Positions 17,609 through 25,325 are shown, numbered from the stretch's first letter. The stretch: DNA of 64,000 nt from Rhodomicrobiaceae bacterium (GCA_050330195.1 JBHJOB010000025.1:649-64648); one strand, 5' to 3'. Numbers and translations: made by a program. Notes: generated by a model not told the origin, from the sequence alone.

Positions 17609-18934
17609 TCAATTGATCAGGACGACGAAACCGGATTCATCGCTCGTCAGCGGGCCAAGGCCGCCATCGGAAATGATGAGGGACGAGCCCGGAGTGAGCA
17701 GTTTTTCGAGGCGCTCGCGAACGGCGTCGGGAATGGCGATACGGTTCAGCGCACTGCTCGCGGTTTCGTCCGCCGTGGCATCCGCGGTCATCGCAAGCCA
17801 CTTCGCCTTGTTGTCCGATGGCTCAAAGCCGAGCACGGAATAGAGATGGGTGCCGAGCGGCCGTTGCGCATCGAGTATGCTGATGGGCGCGTCGAACAGC
17901 GGATCAAATCCCTGCCTGACGTAAAGATGGCCCGTTGGAGCCGGTCTTTCATTCACCGCCTGATAGAGCGCGTTGATCACGGCCGGGGTCATCTCCCCCG
18001 TGGCCTCGATGCCTTTCGCTTCCTCGAACGCCTTTATCGCGGTCCGGGTCTGCTCTCCCCGGTAGCCGTCGACCGGTCCAGGATCGTAGCCGAGTTTTGC
18101 CAGCAAACGCTGCACGTCCCGGACCCGCTCGGGCCCCTGTCGCTGGGTGATCAGGATGCGCAAGGGCTCCGAGGATTTTTTCGCGTAGAATTTGAGCTGC
18201 TCAAGGTCATATTCCAGATCCGCCATTCGCAGCGACGCCTCTTCGGGCGAGAGCTTTTTCGCAGCGGCCGGGATGTTGTCGTCTTTTCCGGCAGTTGCAG
18301 AGGTCATATCGGAACGGTCCGCTGATCGCACCGGAAGCGGCACCCAATATCTCGCCGGCTTCGTCTTTCTCGTCCAGTTGAGCAGGCCTTCGCGCTCATC
18401 CATGGTGAGAAGCGTCAAGGGGCGCGGCTGCAACAAACCGGGATGTGTGAGCGGGCTGGGCGACGTCTCGTCCTGCGTCACCACGACATGCGCGCCGATA
18501 TTCGTTGTGGAGAACAGTTGCCGCGCGAATTTTCCGGGCAGACGGATGCAGCCGTGAGAAGCCGGATAGCCCGGCACATGGCCCTCATGCAGCGCAATGC
18601 CCGACCATGTCAGCCGTTGCATATAGGGCATGGGCGCATTGCTGTAGATATTGGAGCGGTGCCATTTGCGCTTCTGCAATATGCTGAACACGCCCGCAGG
18701 CGTCCGGTGGCCGGGCTTGCCGGTCGACACGCGGGTCGAGGAAATCCGTTCTGCGCCGCGATAGACATCAAGCCGCTGCTTCTTCAGCGACACGACGATC
18801 TGGAGCGGGTCGGCAGCGCCGCCTTCATCCTTGTCGGTTGAACTATTCGCCGGCGCCGTCTGGGAGGCGAGAACAAGCGTTCCCATCATGAAAACAGCGG
18901 CCATGCGGCCCCCGCATAACGGCAACCACCCCAT
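17609..18934 (-). CDS. L,D-transpeptidase (YkuD domain) with peptidoglycan-binding domain
   Basis: YkuD catalytic motif HEGHVPGYPASHGCIRL, and PG_binding_1-like LLAKLGYDPGPVDGYRGEQTRTAIKAFEE. Confidence 0.85.
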   Translation of the reverse strand: MGWLPLCGGRMAAVFMMGTLVLASQTAPANSSTDKDEGGAADPLQIVVSLKKQRLDVYRGAERISSTRVSTGKPGHRTPAGVFSILQKRKWHRSNIYSNAPMPYMQRLTWSGIALHEGHVPGYPASHGCIRLPGKFARQLFSTTNIGAHVVVTQDETSPSPLTHPGLLQPRPLTLLTMDEREGLLNWTRKTKPARYWVPLPVRSADRSDMTSATAGKDDNIPAAAKKLSPEEASLRMADLEYDLEQLKFYAKKSSEPLRILITQRQGPERVRDVQRLLAKLGYDPGPVDGYRGEQTRTAIKAFEEAKGIEATGEMTPAVINALYQAVNERPAPTGHLYVRQGFDPLFDAPISILDAQRPLGTHLYSVLGFEPSDNKAKWLAMTADATADETASSALNRIAIPDAVRERLEKLLTPGSSLIISDGGLGPLTSDESGFVVLIN

Positions 18935-19412
18935 CCCTGATACTCCTGACTATACTCTTGAACACGACGAAGGGACGTATCAGTACGAGGCCCCCGCTAG
19001 CACCTCGATTATGATAGCCAACGGTTTAGTAGAAATACTAGATGACCAAATGGCTAACAAAATCAACGGCTTAGCACCCAATTTACACCAAGTTTAAGAC
19101 ACTACATCTAAAGAGTCGTTAAAGAGACAAACGCAATTGCAATATGCAGCATAGGCTTGCGAAAGCCAAGTCCCTGCGCTATAAAGCGCACGGCTTAAGT
19201 AGGCATGGAAACTGCCGCAGGATGCGGGTGCCTGCTTGAGCCAGTGAACTGATTTCTTATGAGGACTGCCACATAGGTCGCTTAGAGGCTTCATTCTCTA
19301 GCGGCCGTTTCATCACAGCCTTGGCTTGCTCCAAGGCTAGGCACGTAGTTTGCGCCAACGTGATTGCTCGCAGCAATCGCGATCATGGGTGCATGTCCAA
19401 AGGATCAGTTTC

Positions 19413-19697
19413 ATGCCTACCAAAACCATCCCCCGCGTTCGTCTGAACGATCACCAGCCCGCGAGAGCTCGCAAGAAAATTCCAGCGAAAATTCAGCGTG
19501 TCCGGTTCGACCACACGCCGCACCCTCTCCGTCTGTACCGCATCACCCGGCTGGCGGCCCTGTTGGACGTTCACATCACCACAATCTGGCGATGGGTCCA
19601 AGAAGGCATCCTGCCTCAGCCCATCGAGATCAGTCCCGGCGTCCGAGGCTGGCCTGAGCCTGTGTTAGTCGCCTGGCTCGACAAGCTGCAAGGCTAG
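19413..19697 (+). CDS. alpA: AlpA-family / MerR-like HTH phage transcriptional regulator (excisionase-type)
   Basis: Track ORF 19350..19697. Start placed at MPTKTIPRV (AAGGA upstream). HTH_17-like LYRITRLAALLDVHITTIWRWVQEGILPQPIEISPGVRGWPEPVLVAWL. Confidence 0.7.
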   Translation: MPTKTIPRVRLNDHQPARARKKIPAKIQRVRFDHTPHPLRLYRITRLAALLDVHITTIWRWVQEGILPQPIEISPGVRGWPEPVLVAWLDKLQG

Positions 19698-20057
19698 AGC
19701 GGCGTTCTGACGGACGGACGAGACGAGGGCGGCTGAGATAGCGTAAATCTGCTTCGAGCCGCGCTCAACCCAGCTCGACCAGCTCAACCCCGGTTTCCTG
19801 AGACGGACGGAATGGCATCTTCGCCTATGATCGGCAGGGAGATGAATTTCGTCCGTCATACAGCCAGATGCTGGCGATGAAGGCCCATCCGTGAACGAAT
19901 GAAGAAGAAGTCATCAAGGAAAAAAATTCGCGGCTGCGATTGTCAGCGCAGGGAGCTATAATGCAAAAAGCCCCCAAGTGTCTTGCCGGGCACTTGAGGG
20001 CTCAATACAGAAAACGTACTCAAACCAAAGGGACTTCCCCAACCACAAGGACGCCCA

Positions 20058-20948
20058 ATGAGAAAGCATAATAGCGGCTCGCTGCGTGCTACGCAAGCTG
20101 AGCCAGTCCGCGCCAATCTGCGCTTCGACAAGATCGAGCTTCGCTCGAAACGAAAGCTCACTGATCGGCAGCAATACCTTCTTCAGCGAACCTGTGACAG
20201 CGCAGATTTTGAAATCCGGGGCGCGCCAACGCGAGGCCCAGCAAGTGGCATGAAAGAGTTCGTCCGCATCGTCTCTCCAAATCCGCAAGCGCTCGAATTT
20301 CTGTCATCAAAAAGCTATGTCGTTCCAACGTCCGTCGAGATCGCATTGGACATCCCAACGGAGGATCACCAGCAGGCGATGGAATGGGTCTCATTTTTCG
20401 ACCGACACTTCGCCCAGCGATGGCATGGCAGTAGCCGGTGCCTGCAGATCGGATACGGGACGTACACGAAGCGGAGCGGCAGCGCGCGGCTCTTCGTCTG
20501 GTACGGGGGAAAGAAACCGCTCAAGGGCACCAAGACACCCGGCTTCCATATCGAGTGCCGATTGTCAGGAATAGCAGCCTTGAGGGCGATAGGTATCGAG
20601 ACATCAGCCGACCTGCTGAATTTCGATCACAGAGCTTTCTGGGATAATCACCTAACGTTGTACGAAGTCGACCAAGCGAAGCTGGGGAGGCTCTACAGCA
20701 AACTCTTTCCAGACGACATACCCAGGCCACATGCGCGCTACGACGTGGAGGCTCGACTTGGCAGTCTGGCCATGCATTTCAACTCATATAGGTCGCGCGA
20801 CGAGGACCAGTACAGGGTCAAAGGTCAGCCTACAGAAGATCAGTTCGAATGGCGGGAACCAAAGCTTATGCAGCACTTGGTGGATCGGTTCAGGCATGGC
20901 GATTATCTGCAAAGACTAGCGATTCCCATCTTAACCGGGTTTCGTTAG
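20058..20948 (+). CDS. Hypothetical protein with rolling-circle replication-initiator (Rep_trans-like) motif pattern
   Basis: Three motifs occur in the order expected for Rep_trans-type initiators: VEIALDIP; GYGTYTKRSGSARLFVWYGGKK (Tyr-x-x-Lys context); GFHIECRLSG. Iterons follow immediately. This is motif-level only and was not confirmed by any search. Confidence 0.45.
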   Translation: MRKHNSGSLRATQAEPVRANLRFDKIELRSKRKLTDRQQYLLQRTCDSADFEIRGAPTRGPASGMKEFVRIVSPNPQALEFLSSKSYVVPTSVEIALDIPTEDHQQAMEWVSFFDRHFAQRWHGSSRCLQIGYGTYTKRSGSARLFVWYGGKKPLKGTKTPGFHIECRLSGIAALRAIGIETSADLLNFDHRAFWDNHLTLYEVDQAKLGRLYSKLFPDDIPRPHARYDVEARLGSLAMHFNSYRSRDEDQYRVKGQPTEDQFEWREPKLMQHLVDRFRHGDYLQRLAIPILTGFR

Positions 20949-20975
20949 CATTTTCAGTCGCTTGCGGCTCACGCT

Positions 20976-21127
20976 TATTATGCGTACGAGAAATGAGCTA
21001 GAAACACAAATTATAACGTAACTGGGTACAAGCTAGAAACAAATTATGCGCACGAGAAATGAGAGAAATGAGAGAAATGAGAGGAATGCAAGCTGATCTA
21101 ATTATCATGCGTAAGAGAAATGCTAGA
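20976..21127. repeat. Iteron-like direct repeat array (candidate replication origin / Rep-binding sites)
   Basis: ATTATGCG[T/C]ACGAGAAATGAG at 20977-20997 and 21043-21063, with a degenerate third copy at 21104-21124. AGCTAGAAAC(A)CAAATTAT at 20996-21014 and 21031-21047. Four tandem 9-mers GAGAAATGA at 21054-21089. Confidence 0.8.
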
Positions 21128-21152
21128 TCACCGCCATGCAAATAGATGGTCC

Positions 21153-21189
21153 AAAAAAAAGGTGACAGCTCTCAACCCCAGCTATCACC
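21153..21189 (-). terminator. Rho-independent terminator-like hairpin (or origin hairpin) downstream of the 57-aa ORF
   Basis: On the minus strand: GGTGATAGCT-ggggttgag-AGCTGTCACC followed by T8. The stem is 10 bp with one mismatch. Confidence 0.55.
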
Positions 21190-21219
21190 CTCCTTGTTGT
21201 TGGATACCTAGCGAGATAC

Positions 21220-21393
21220 CTAAGAGGACTTCAAGGTCGAGTCGCGAGCATCGAGTGCTTCAAGCAAGTCCATCATAGTCTCAACCCATTGACATTCGTC
21301 CGTCGGCTGATCGTCAGTCAAGAGATTTGCTTCATCTAGAAGTAGGCCGAGTTCGCGTCGAATCTCTTTCAGGCGTTGGCTGCGTGCGTCCAT
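21220..21393 (-). CDS. Hypothetical small acidic protein (57 aa)
   Basis: Below the track's 60-aa cut-off. Hand translation gives MDARSQRLKEIRRELGLLLDEANLLTDDQPTDECQWVETMMDLLEALDARDSTLKSS. AAGGA lies 9 nt upstream and a terminator hairpin lies downstream. Confidence 0.4.
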   Translation of the reverse strand: MDARSQRLKEIRRELGLLLDEANLLTDDQPTDECQWVETMMDLLEALDARDSTLKSS

Positions 21394-21644
21394 TCCAAAC
21401 TATCCTTGTACAGAACAATCTACATCGCAGCTTAGCGCCAACCTACTAGGTCTAAAAGCGATAACTGTCTGTCAACGGATAAAAATGCTCGGAGTCACCA
21501 ATTGGGAAAAGACGCTGTCAGCCATCGGAACGTTTTACTACGTCAACACTGCAAGGAACGTCTCAGCGGGTTACGGGTGAGTGTTATCTAAAGATGTCAC
21601 TCTTTGTACTGAAGGTTTAAAGAGCAATTTTTGAGGAGTGAGTT

Positions 21645-22136
21645 GTGCACGGATGTGTTTACAGAATTCTCTGTCTAGTGACTGGTAAGGAGTACGTGGG
21701 AGCTACTTCGCTGTCATTGCGCCAACGGCGGTACAACCATCTCTCTGAGGCTCGGAGAAGTATCCATCCAGACTATCCCTTCTACAACGACATCCGAAAG
21801 TATGGTGCAGAGAACTTCGTGTTCAAGGTCATCCGATACCGATCCACTAAAGAGCTACTCTTTGAATCAGAGAGGTACTACATCAGCCAGCTGGATACAA
21901 TTCATCCGTACGGGTACAACCGTAATTCAGGTGGTCAAGGTAGTACTTCTGAAGGGGGTCGGAAGAGTCAGGAAACGAAGCGAAAGCGATACACACCTGA
22001 GGAGATCTCTGAACGATACAGAAAAGGGGCTCAAAAGAGATGGGCAAACATGACACCTGAACAACGAGCTGCGCACATGCAGAAGATGCACGCTGCGAGA
22101 CGAGCAAAGAACGCCAAGCGCGGCCCCTTCCAATGA
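21645..22136 (+). CDS. GIY-YIG nuclease domain protein (free-standing homing-endonuclease-like) with basic C-terminal tail
   Basis: GTG start preceded by GAGGAGTGAGTT. GCVYRILCLVTGKEYVGATSLSLRQRRYNH...YGAENFVFKVI...ESERYYISQL...YGYNRN matches the GIY-YIG motif order (GIY, YIG, Arg, His, Glu, Asn). Confidence 0.75.
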   Translation: MHGCVYRILCLVTGKEYVGATSLSLRQRRYNHLSEARRSIHPDYPFYNDIRKYGAENFVFKVIRYRSTKELLFESERYYISQLDTIHPYGYNRNSGGQGSTSEGGRKSQETKRKRYTPEEISERYRKGAQKRWANMTPEQRAAHMQKMHAARRAKNAKRGPFQ

Positions 22137-22317
22137 TCACGAAAATACCACCGTAGGTAATCTGCCCATAGAAAGATGTAACAGCAAGTCATCAGGTAAA
22201 TCATCTTGTGCATCAAGGATATTTATTTCGTTTTCGTGAATAAATAAAATCTCCGGTCTCTCGAAATCTTAAGTTTTCTATAATGCTTCAAGAGTAGAAT
22301 AGCGAACGAGCAGTGCT

Positions 22318-22545
22318 ATGCGTAGCGACGATCCGGTTGATGAATCCAAAGAACTGCCCCACGAATTCCTCGCCCGCGTCGCCAAGGGCGGAATGGTCAA
22401 AGGAAAGCGTCCTTGCAAAACGCATCAATTGGAGGCGGCAGAGCACGTTCGCGCCTTCACAGAGCCTGTCTTCAATCCATTCGGAGTTGGGAGCACTTCA
22501 GCGCTCAAGCAAGCGATCGCTGAGCACAGGCGCATGAAACGATGA
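22318..22545 (+). CDS. Hypothetical protein (75 aa)
   Basis: ORF downstream of an AT-rich region containing TATAAT (22279-22284). No recognisable motif. Confidence 0.35.
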   Translation: MRSDDPVDESKELPHEFLARVAKGGMVKGKRPCKTHQLEAAEHVRAFTEPVFNPFGVGSTSALKQAIAEHRRMKR

Positions 22546-22726
22546 GGGCGAGCGCGGCAACAGGGCAGCCCGTAGCGCAGACGCTGCGAGCGCCGCACGA
22601 GCGCTGGCGAGACGGGCAGTGGCCCCTATGCTGGTACCAGAAACAGCTTCCGGCCGTGACAGCGCCCCTATCGCGGTCAGATCGCAGCCGAGAAATTGCG
22701 AAATTTATGAAAGTGAGGAAATTTCG

Positions 22727-23437
22727 ATGACACAGAAAAAAGCAGCCACGCCCCGAGTGAGACTGAGCGGCCCGCCAGACACCTCCCCTGTCGTCACACG
22801 CGGACCGATTCTGCGACCCGGACAATCCGGAGCGACGCTGCGCATTCAAGGTGATGTTCAGAAGCTCCAAGCGCGCTTGAATGGCGTTGAGGAAAAGATC
22901 AAAGCGAGTGAAGGCGAGCAGGAGCGCTTGGCCTATGAAATGTCAACCGTCTCCAATGCTGACGCTCGCAAGAAGGAGCTGAAGATCGACCGGTTGGACA
23001 AGGTCATCGCCGATCTGAAAAAGCAGCGTGTACGAACTGCTCAAGCTCTTAAGGGAGCGAAGCAGCAGCTTGCGGACCAGCGCGAAGCTGAAGCAAGAGC
23101 CAAGCGGGACGCGCTCGTTGCGCACACCAAGCAAGTCATCGTGACCGAGCTGAAACATCTCCCCGGCTTGGCTAAGCGAGATCTCGTTGGTTATGATCGG
23201 GAAGATCGGAGCATGGAACGTCTCCATGGTGCCATCCACGGCAGACTTCCTGAACAAGACGACCGGCAGGTCGCAGTGCTCAAGCGGCAGATCGAGAACT
23301 ATTCCAAAGCGCTCCTCGCGATTGATGAAGGTCGTATGCTGATCAGGCCCGACGATACCGTCTGCACCTTCATGTCTCAGCTCAGCCAGCGGCTCGCTGT
23401 CGCTGAAAATGTGACTGTCCTTGAGGGAGCCGCATAA
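22727..23437 (+). CDS. Hypothetical coiled-coil protein (236 aa)
   Basis: In frame with track ORF 22619..23437. Start placed at MTQKKAATPRV (GAGGAAATTTCG upstream). Long heptad-like charged segment: KLQARLNGVEEKIKASEGEQERLAYEM...ADLKKQRVRTAQALKGAKQQLADQREAEARAKRD. Confidence 0.55.
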   Translation: MTQKKAATPRVRLSGPPDTSPVVTRGPILRPGQSGATLRIQGDVQKLQARLNGVEEKIKASEGEQERLAYEMSTVSNADARKKELKIDRLDKVIADLKKQRVRTAQALKGAKQQLADQREAEARAKRDALVAHTKQVIVTELKHLPGLAKRDLVGYDREDRSMERLHGAIHGRLPEQDDRQVAVLKRQIENYSKALLAIDEGRMLIRPDDTVCTFMSQLSQRLAVAENVTVLEGAA

Positions 23438-23568
23438 TGAGCCTCGCCAGAGATAATGCTGTCGCCTTGCTCAGCCTCGACCCCACGATGTCGAAAGCGC
23501 AGCGCCGCAACCACTGAGGGAGCGGCAGTTGCATGGCTGCGCGGCTCAGAGAAGGCTGGGAGTTGAGG

Positions 23569-24789
23569 TTAAGGATACCTGTTGTATACGCCCTTCACCC
23601 CGCCCAGCTTATGGGCAAGGCAGCGCTCGACAATTGAATCATCAACACCGAGTGAATTCATCATGGTGCTGGCTGTTCGGCGCAAGTCCCTGAACTGCCA
23701 CGCTGGCACCTTATGCCCGAGGACAGCACTCATCTTCTTGTCGAGGACGAGCTTCGTGGTTGCCCAGCCATTGTAAGGTTTGATTCCATCGGTGCTGAAA
23801 ACGAAGTCAGCAGCCCGCCGACCAGCATCAATGATTGGAACCGAATTGATCAGCTCCAAGGTGAATGGCGTCAAGGGCACGAACGAAACCTGTTTATTTT
23901 TAGGATCACCGTCCTCGCGCGCATCCCATATGCCGTTCTCGATTTGACTGCGCCGCATATGTCCAACCTTGTAGAAGCGTTGGGCGGTGAGCAGCGCTAC
24001 TCGAATGCAAGCGCCAGCCATCCCCATCTCTTCTGTCGCTTTCCACATGGCCTTGATCTCGTCGTAGCTCATCACCCGATTGCGCTCGCCCGCTGACCAG
24101 CTCTTGTTGTACATGCCCTCAACGATAGGCGACACGTAATCATCCGAGGGAGAACGGTTAGCGGCAAACCATCTAAAAAGGCTTCTGATCTGTTGGTGAA
24201 CGATGCCCGCGACGTTCGGCGTACCGTAGGTCTTTCCGTTCCGTTCGACCTTGCCCTTGGCAATCCGTTGCAGCAGCGCAGCGACTTCCGAACGCTTGAT
24301 TTCCTCAAGCCTGCGCTCCTTCCATTCTGGCTCGATGTAGATTGATATGATGCGGCGGGTCTCGGCCTCGCTCTTCTTCCCTGTCAGCATCTCATCGCAA
24401 TAGGCGGCGATGAGTTCGGCAGCATCGTTCTTCACCTTCGGCTTCTTCGGATCTTCACCGACCTTGGCAGCGTTACGGATATTAGAGCAGCGAGTACGAA
24501 CAGCTTCGATGTCGCCGCAATCAAGCTCGTGAAGCTCACCGTACACGTCTCGGTAGTAGACCGTTTCGCCGTACCGGCCGATCTTCGTGTATCGAGGAAA
24601 GCCAGGACGGCTCGGCAAGTAGTAGCAAGCTTGAAAGGTGACGGTGGCATCGGTCCTGTGTTGGGCTCCGGGAGAGTGCAGTATGCACAGGCCCGTCTGC
24701 TTGGCGTCCCAGATGGTGACCTGCTTCTCTGGCTTCTCTCGAAGCAGCTTATCTAGAAATGGCTTGGTGAATTTGACTGCATTCGGCAT
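23569..24789 (-). CDS. int: Tyrosine recombinase / phage integrase (P4-like, with N-terminal arm-binding DUF4102-type domain)
   Basis: C-terminal catalytic signature WQFRDLRRTASTMMNSLGVDDSIVERCLAHKLGGVKGVYNRY (R...HxxR...Y). N-terminal KFTKPFLDKL...TIWDAKQTGLCIL is typical of this integrase class. Confidence 0.9.
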   Translation of the reverse strand: MPNAVKFTKPFLDKLLREKPEKQVTIWDAKQTGLCILHSPGAQHRTDATVTFQACYYLPSRPGFPRYTKIGRYGETVYYRDVYGELHELDCGDIEAVRTRCSNIRNAAKVGEDPKKPKVKNDAAELIAAYCDEMLTGKKSEAETRRIISIYIEPEWKERRLEEIKRSEVAALLQRIAKGKVERNGKTYGTPNVAGIVHQQIRSLFRWFAANRSPSDDYVSPIVEGMYNKSWSAGERNRVMSYDEIKAMWKATEEMGMAGACIRVALLTAQRFYKVGHMRRSQIENGIWDAREDGDPKNKQVSFVPLTPFTLELINSVPIIDAGRRAADFVFSTDGIKPYNGWATTKLVLDKKMSAVLGHKVPAWQFRDLRRTASTMMNSLGVDDSIVERCLAHKLGGVKGVYNRYP

Positions 24790-25024
24790 CTGTCCCCCAT
24801 CTCAATAGGCACTAACCACCTTGAGATTGTATTTAAAATGCGATGCAATCGAAGTAAATGTATATGATACTGAAAAACCTAGGTTTTCTGAGAAATCGCA
24901 ATCCTATCAAATGCCATAAAATAGCGTCCTCCCCACCGGTTTGCCGGGAAGATCCTATGACAAGGTGAACACCTTATCGTGAACAGCCGGGTTGAGCAGC
25001 GGCAATGTTGCGCCAGTGCCGCCG

Positions 25025-25312
25025 TCACCGTCCGCCGCATTGCACGACGCAGCGGCGCACGCAAATCTGGAATTGCGTCCGGCAGCTTCCTGCATTCTCC
25101 CCCGATGCAAGGCACGCCGATTGCGCTGACCGGCACTGCGCCATGCAGCTCTGGGCGCAAGCGTTGCCGGAACGCTGTGCAAGACGCGGCAGCTTGGTGA
25201 AATTTTCCTCCAGATCCGCCGCACGCCCGACACCGGCAAATTCCACGCAAAGCGTCAGCCCCAGCACGGCTGCAAGCGCGCAAATGCACGATTTCTGGAT
25301 CACATCCGGCAT
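25025..25312 (-). CDS. Small secreted Cys-rich protein (95 aa precursor, 8 Cys in the predicted mature part)
   Basis: In frame with track ORF 25025..25342. ATG 25312 is preceded by GAGGGAGGCGCGG. Signal peptide-like MPDVIQKSCICALAAVLGLTLCVEFAGVGRA. Mature Cys pattern is C-x3-C-x3-C-x6-C-x9-C-x6-C-x3-C-x3-C, with high GC3. Confidence 0.6.
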   Translation of the reverse strand: MPDVIQKSCICALAAVLGLTLCVEFAGVGRAADLEENFTKLPRLAQRSGNACAQSCMAQCRSAQSACLASGENAGSCRTQFQICVRRCVVQCGGR

Positions 25313-25325
25313 CCGCGCCTCCCTC

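Larger units (their letters stand above)
18940..24960. mobile_element. ~6 kb low-GC integrative islet (int, alpA, rep-like + iterons, GIY-YIG nuclease, orphan ORFs). Boundaries are approximate
   Basis: Visible drop in GC relative to the flanks, an integrase at the right end and an AlpA-type HTH at the left end. No att direct repeats could be identified by eye. Confidence 0.7.

Noticed and set aside
18935-19100. att direct repeats flanking the islet, compared with 24790-25010.
   Set aside because: Only 7-mers (AACCACC, TGATACT) are shared by eye, which is not significant. No tRNA or tmRNA 3' end is visible at either junction. The boundaries remain approximate and need alignment to an empty site.
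19094-19349. A cluster of short hairpins at the left end of the islet that might be a structured ncRNA. Examples are GGCTT-GCGA-AAGCC, GCGC-TATAAA-GCGC, CCGCA-GGA-TGCGG and an 8-bp stem AGCCTTGG-cttgct-CCAAGGCT at 19317-19338.
   Set aside because: The individual stems are short and there is no recognisable family or terminator context. They could be binding sites or chance. They are worth a cmscan but are not supportable as a feature.
20976-21127. A CRISPR-like array.
   Set aside because: The repeats are short, irregular, partly tandem 9-mers and lack unique spacers of constant length. No cas genes are present. They fit iterons better.
24879-25289. Alternative minus-strand frames (24879-25289 and 24955-25239) overlapping the Cys-rich ORF.
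   Set aside because: Both give Arg-rich, signal-less translations with no SD. The 25025-25312 frame has a strong SD, a signal peptide and ordered Cys spacing.
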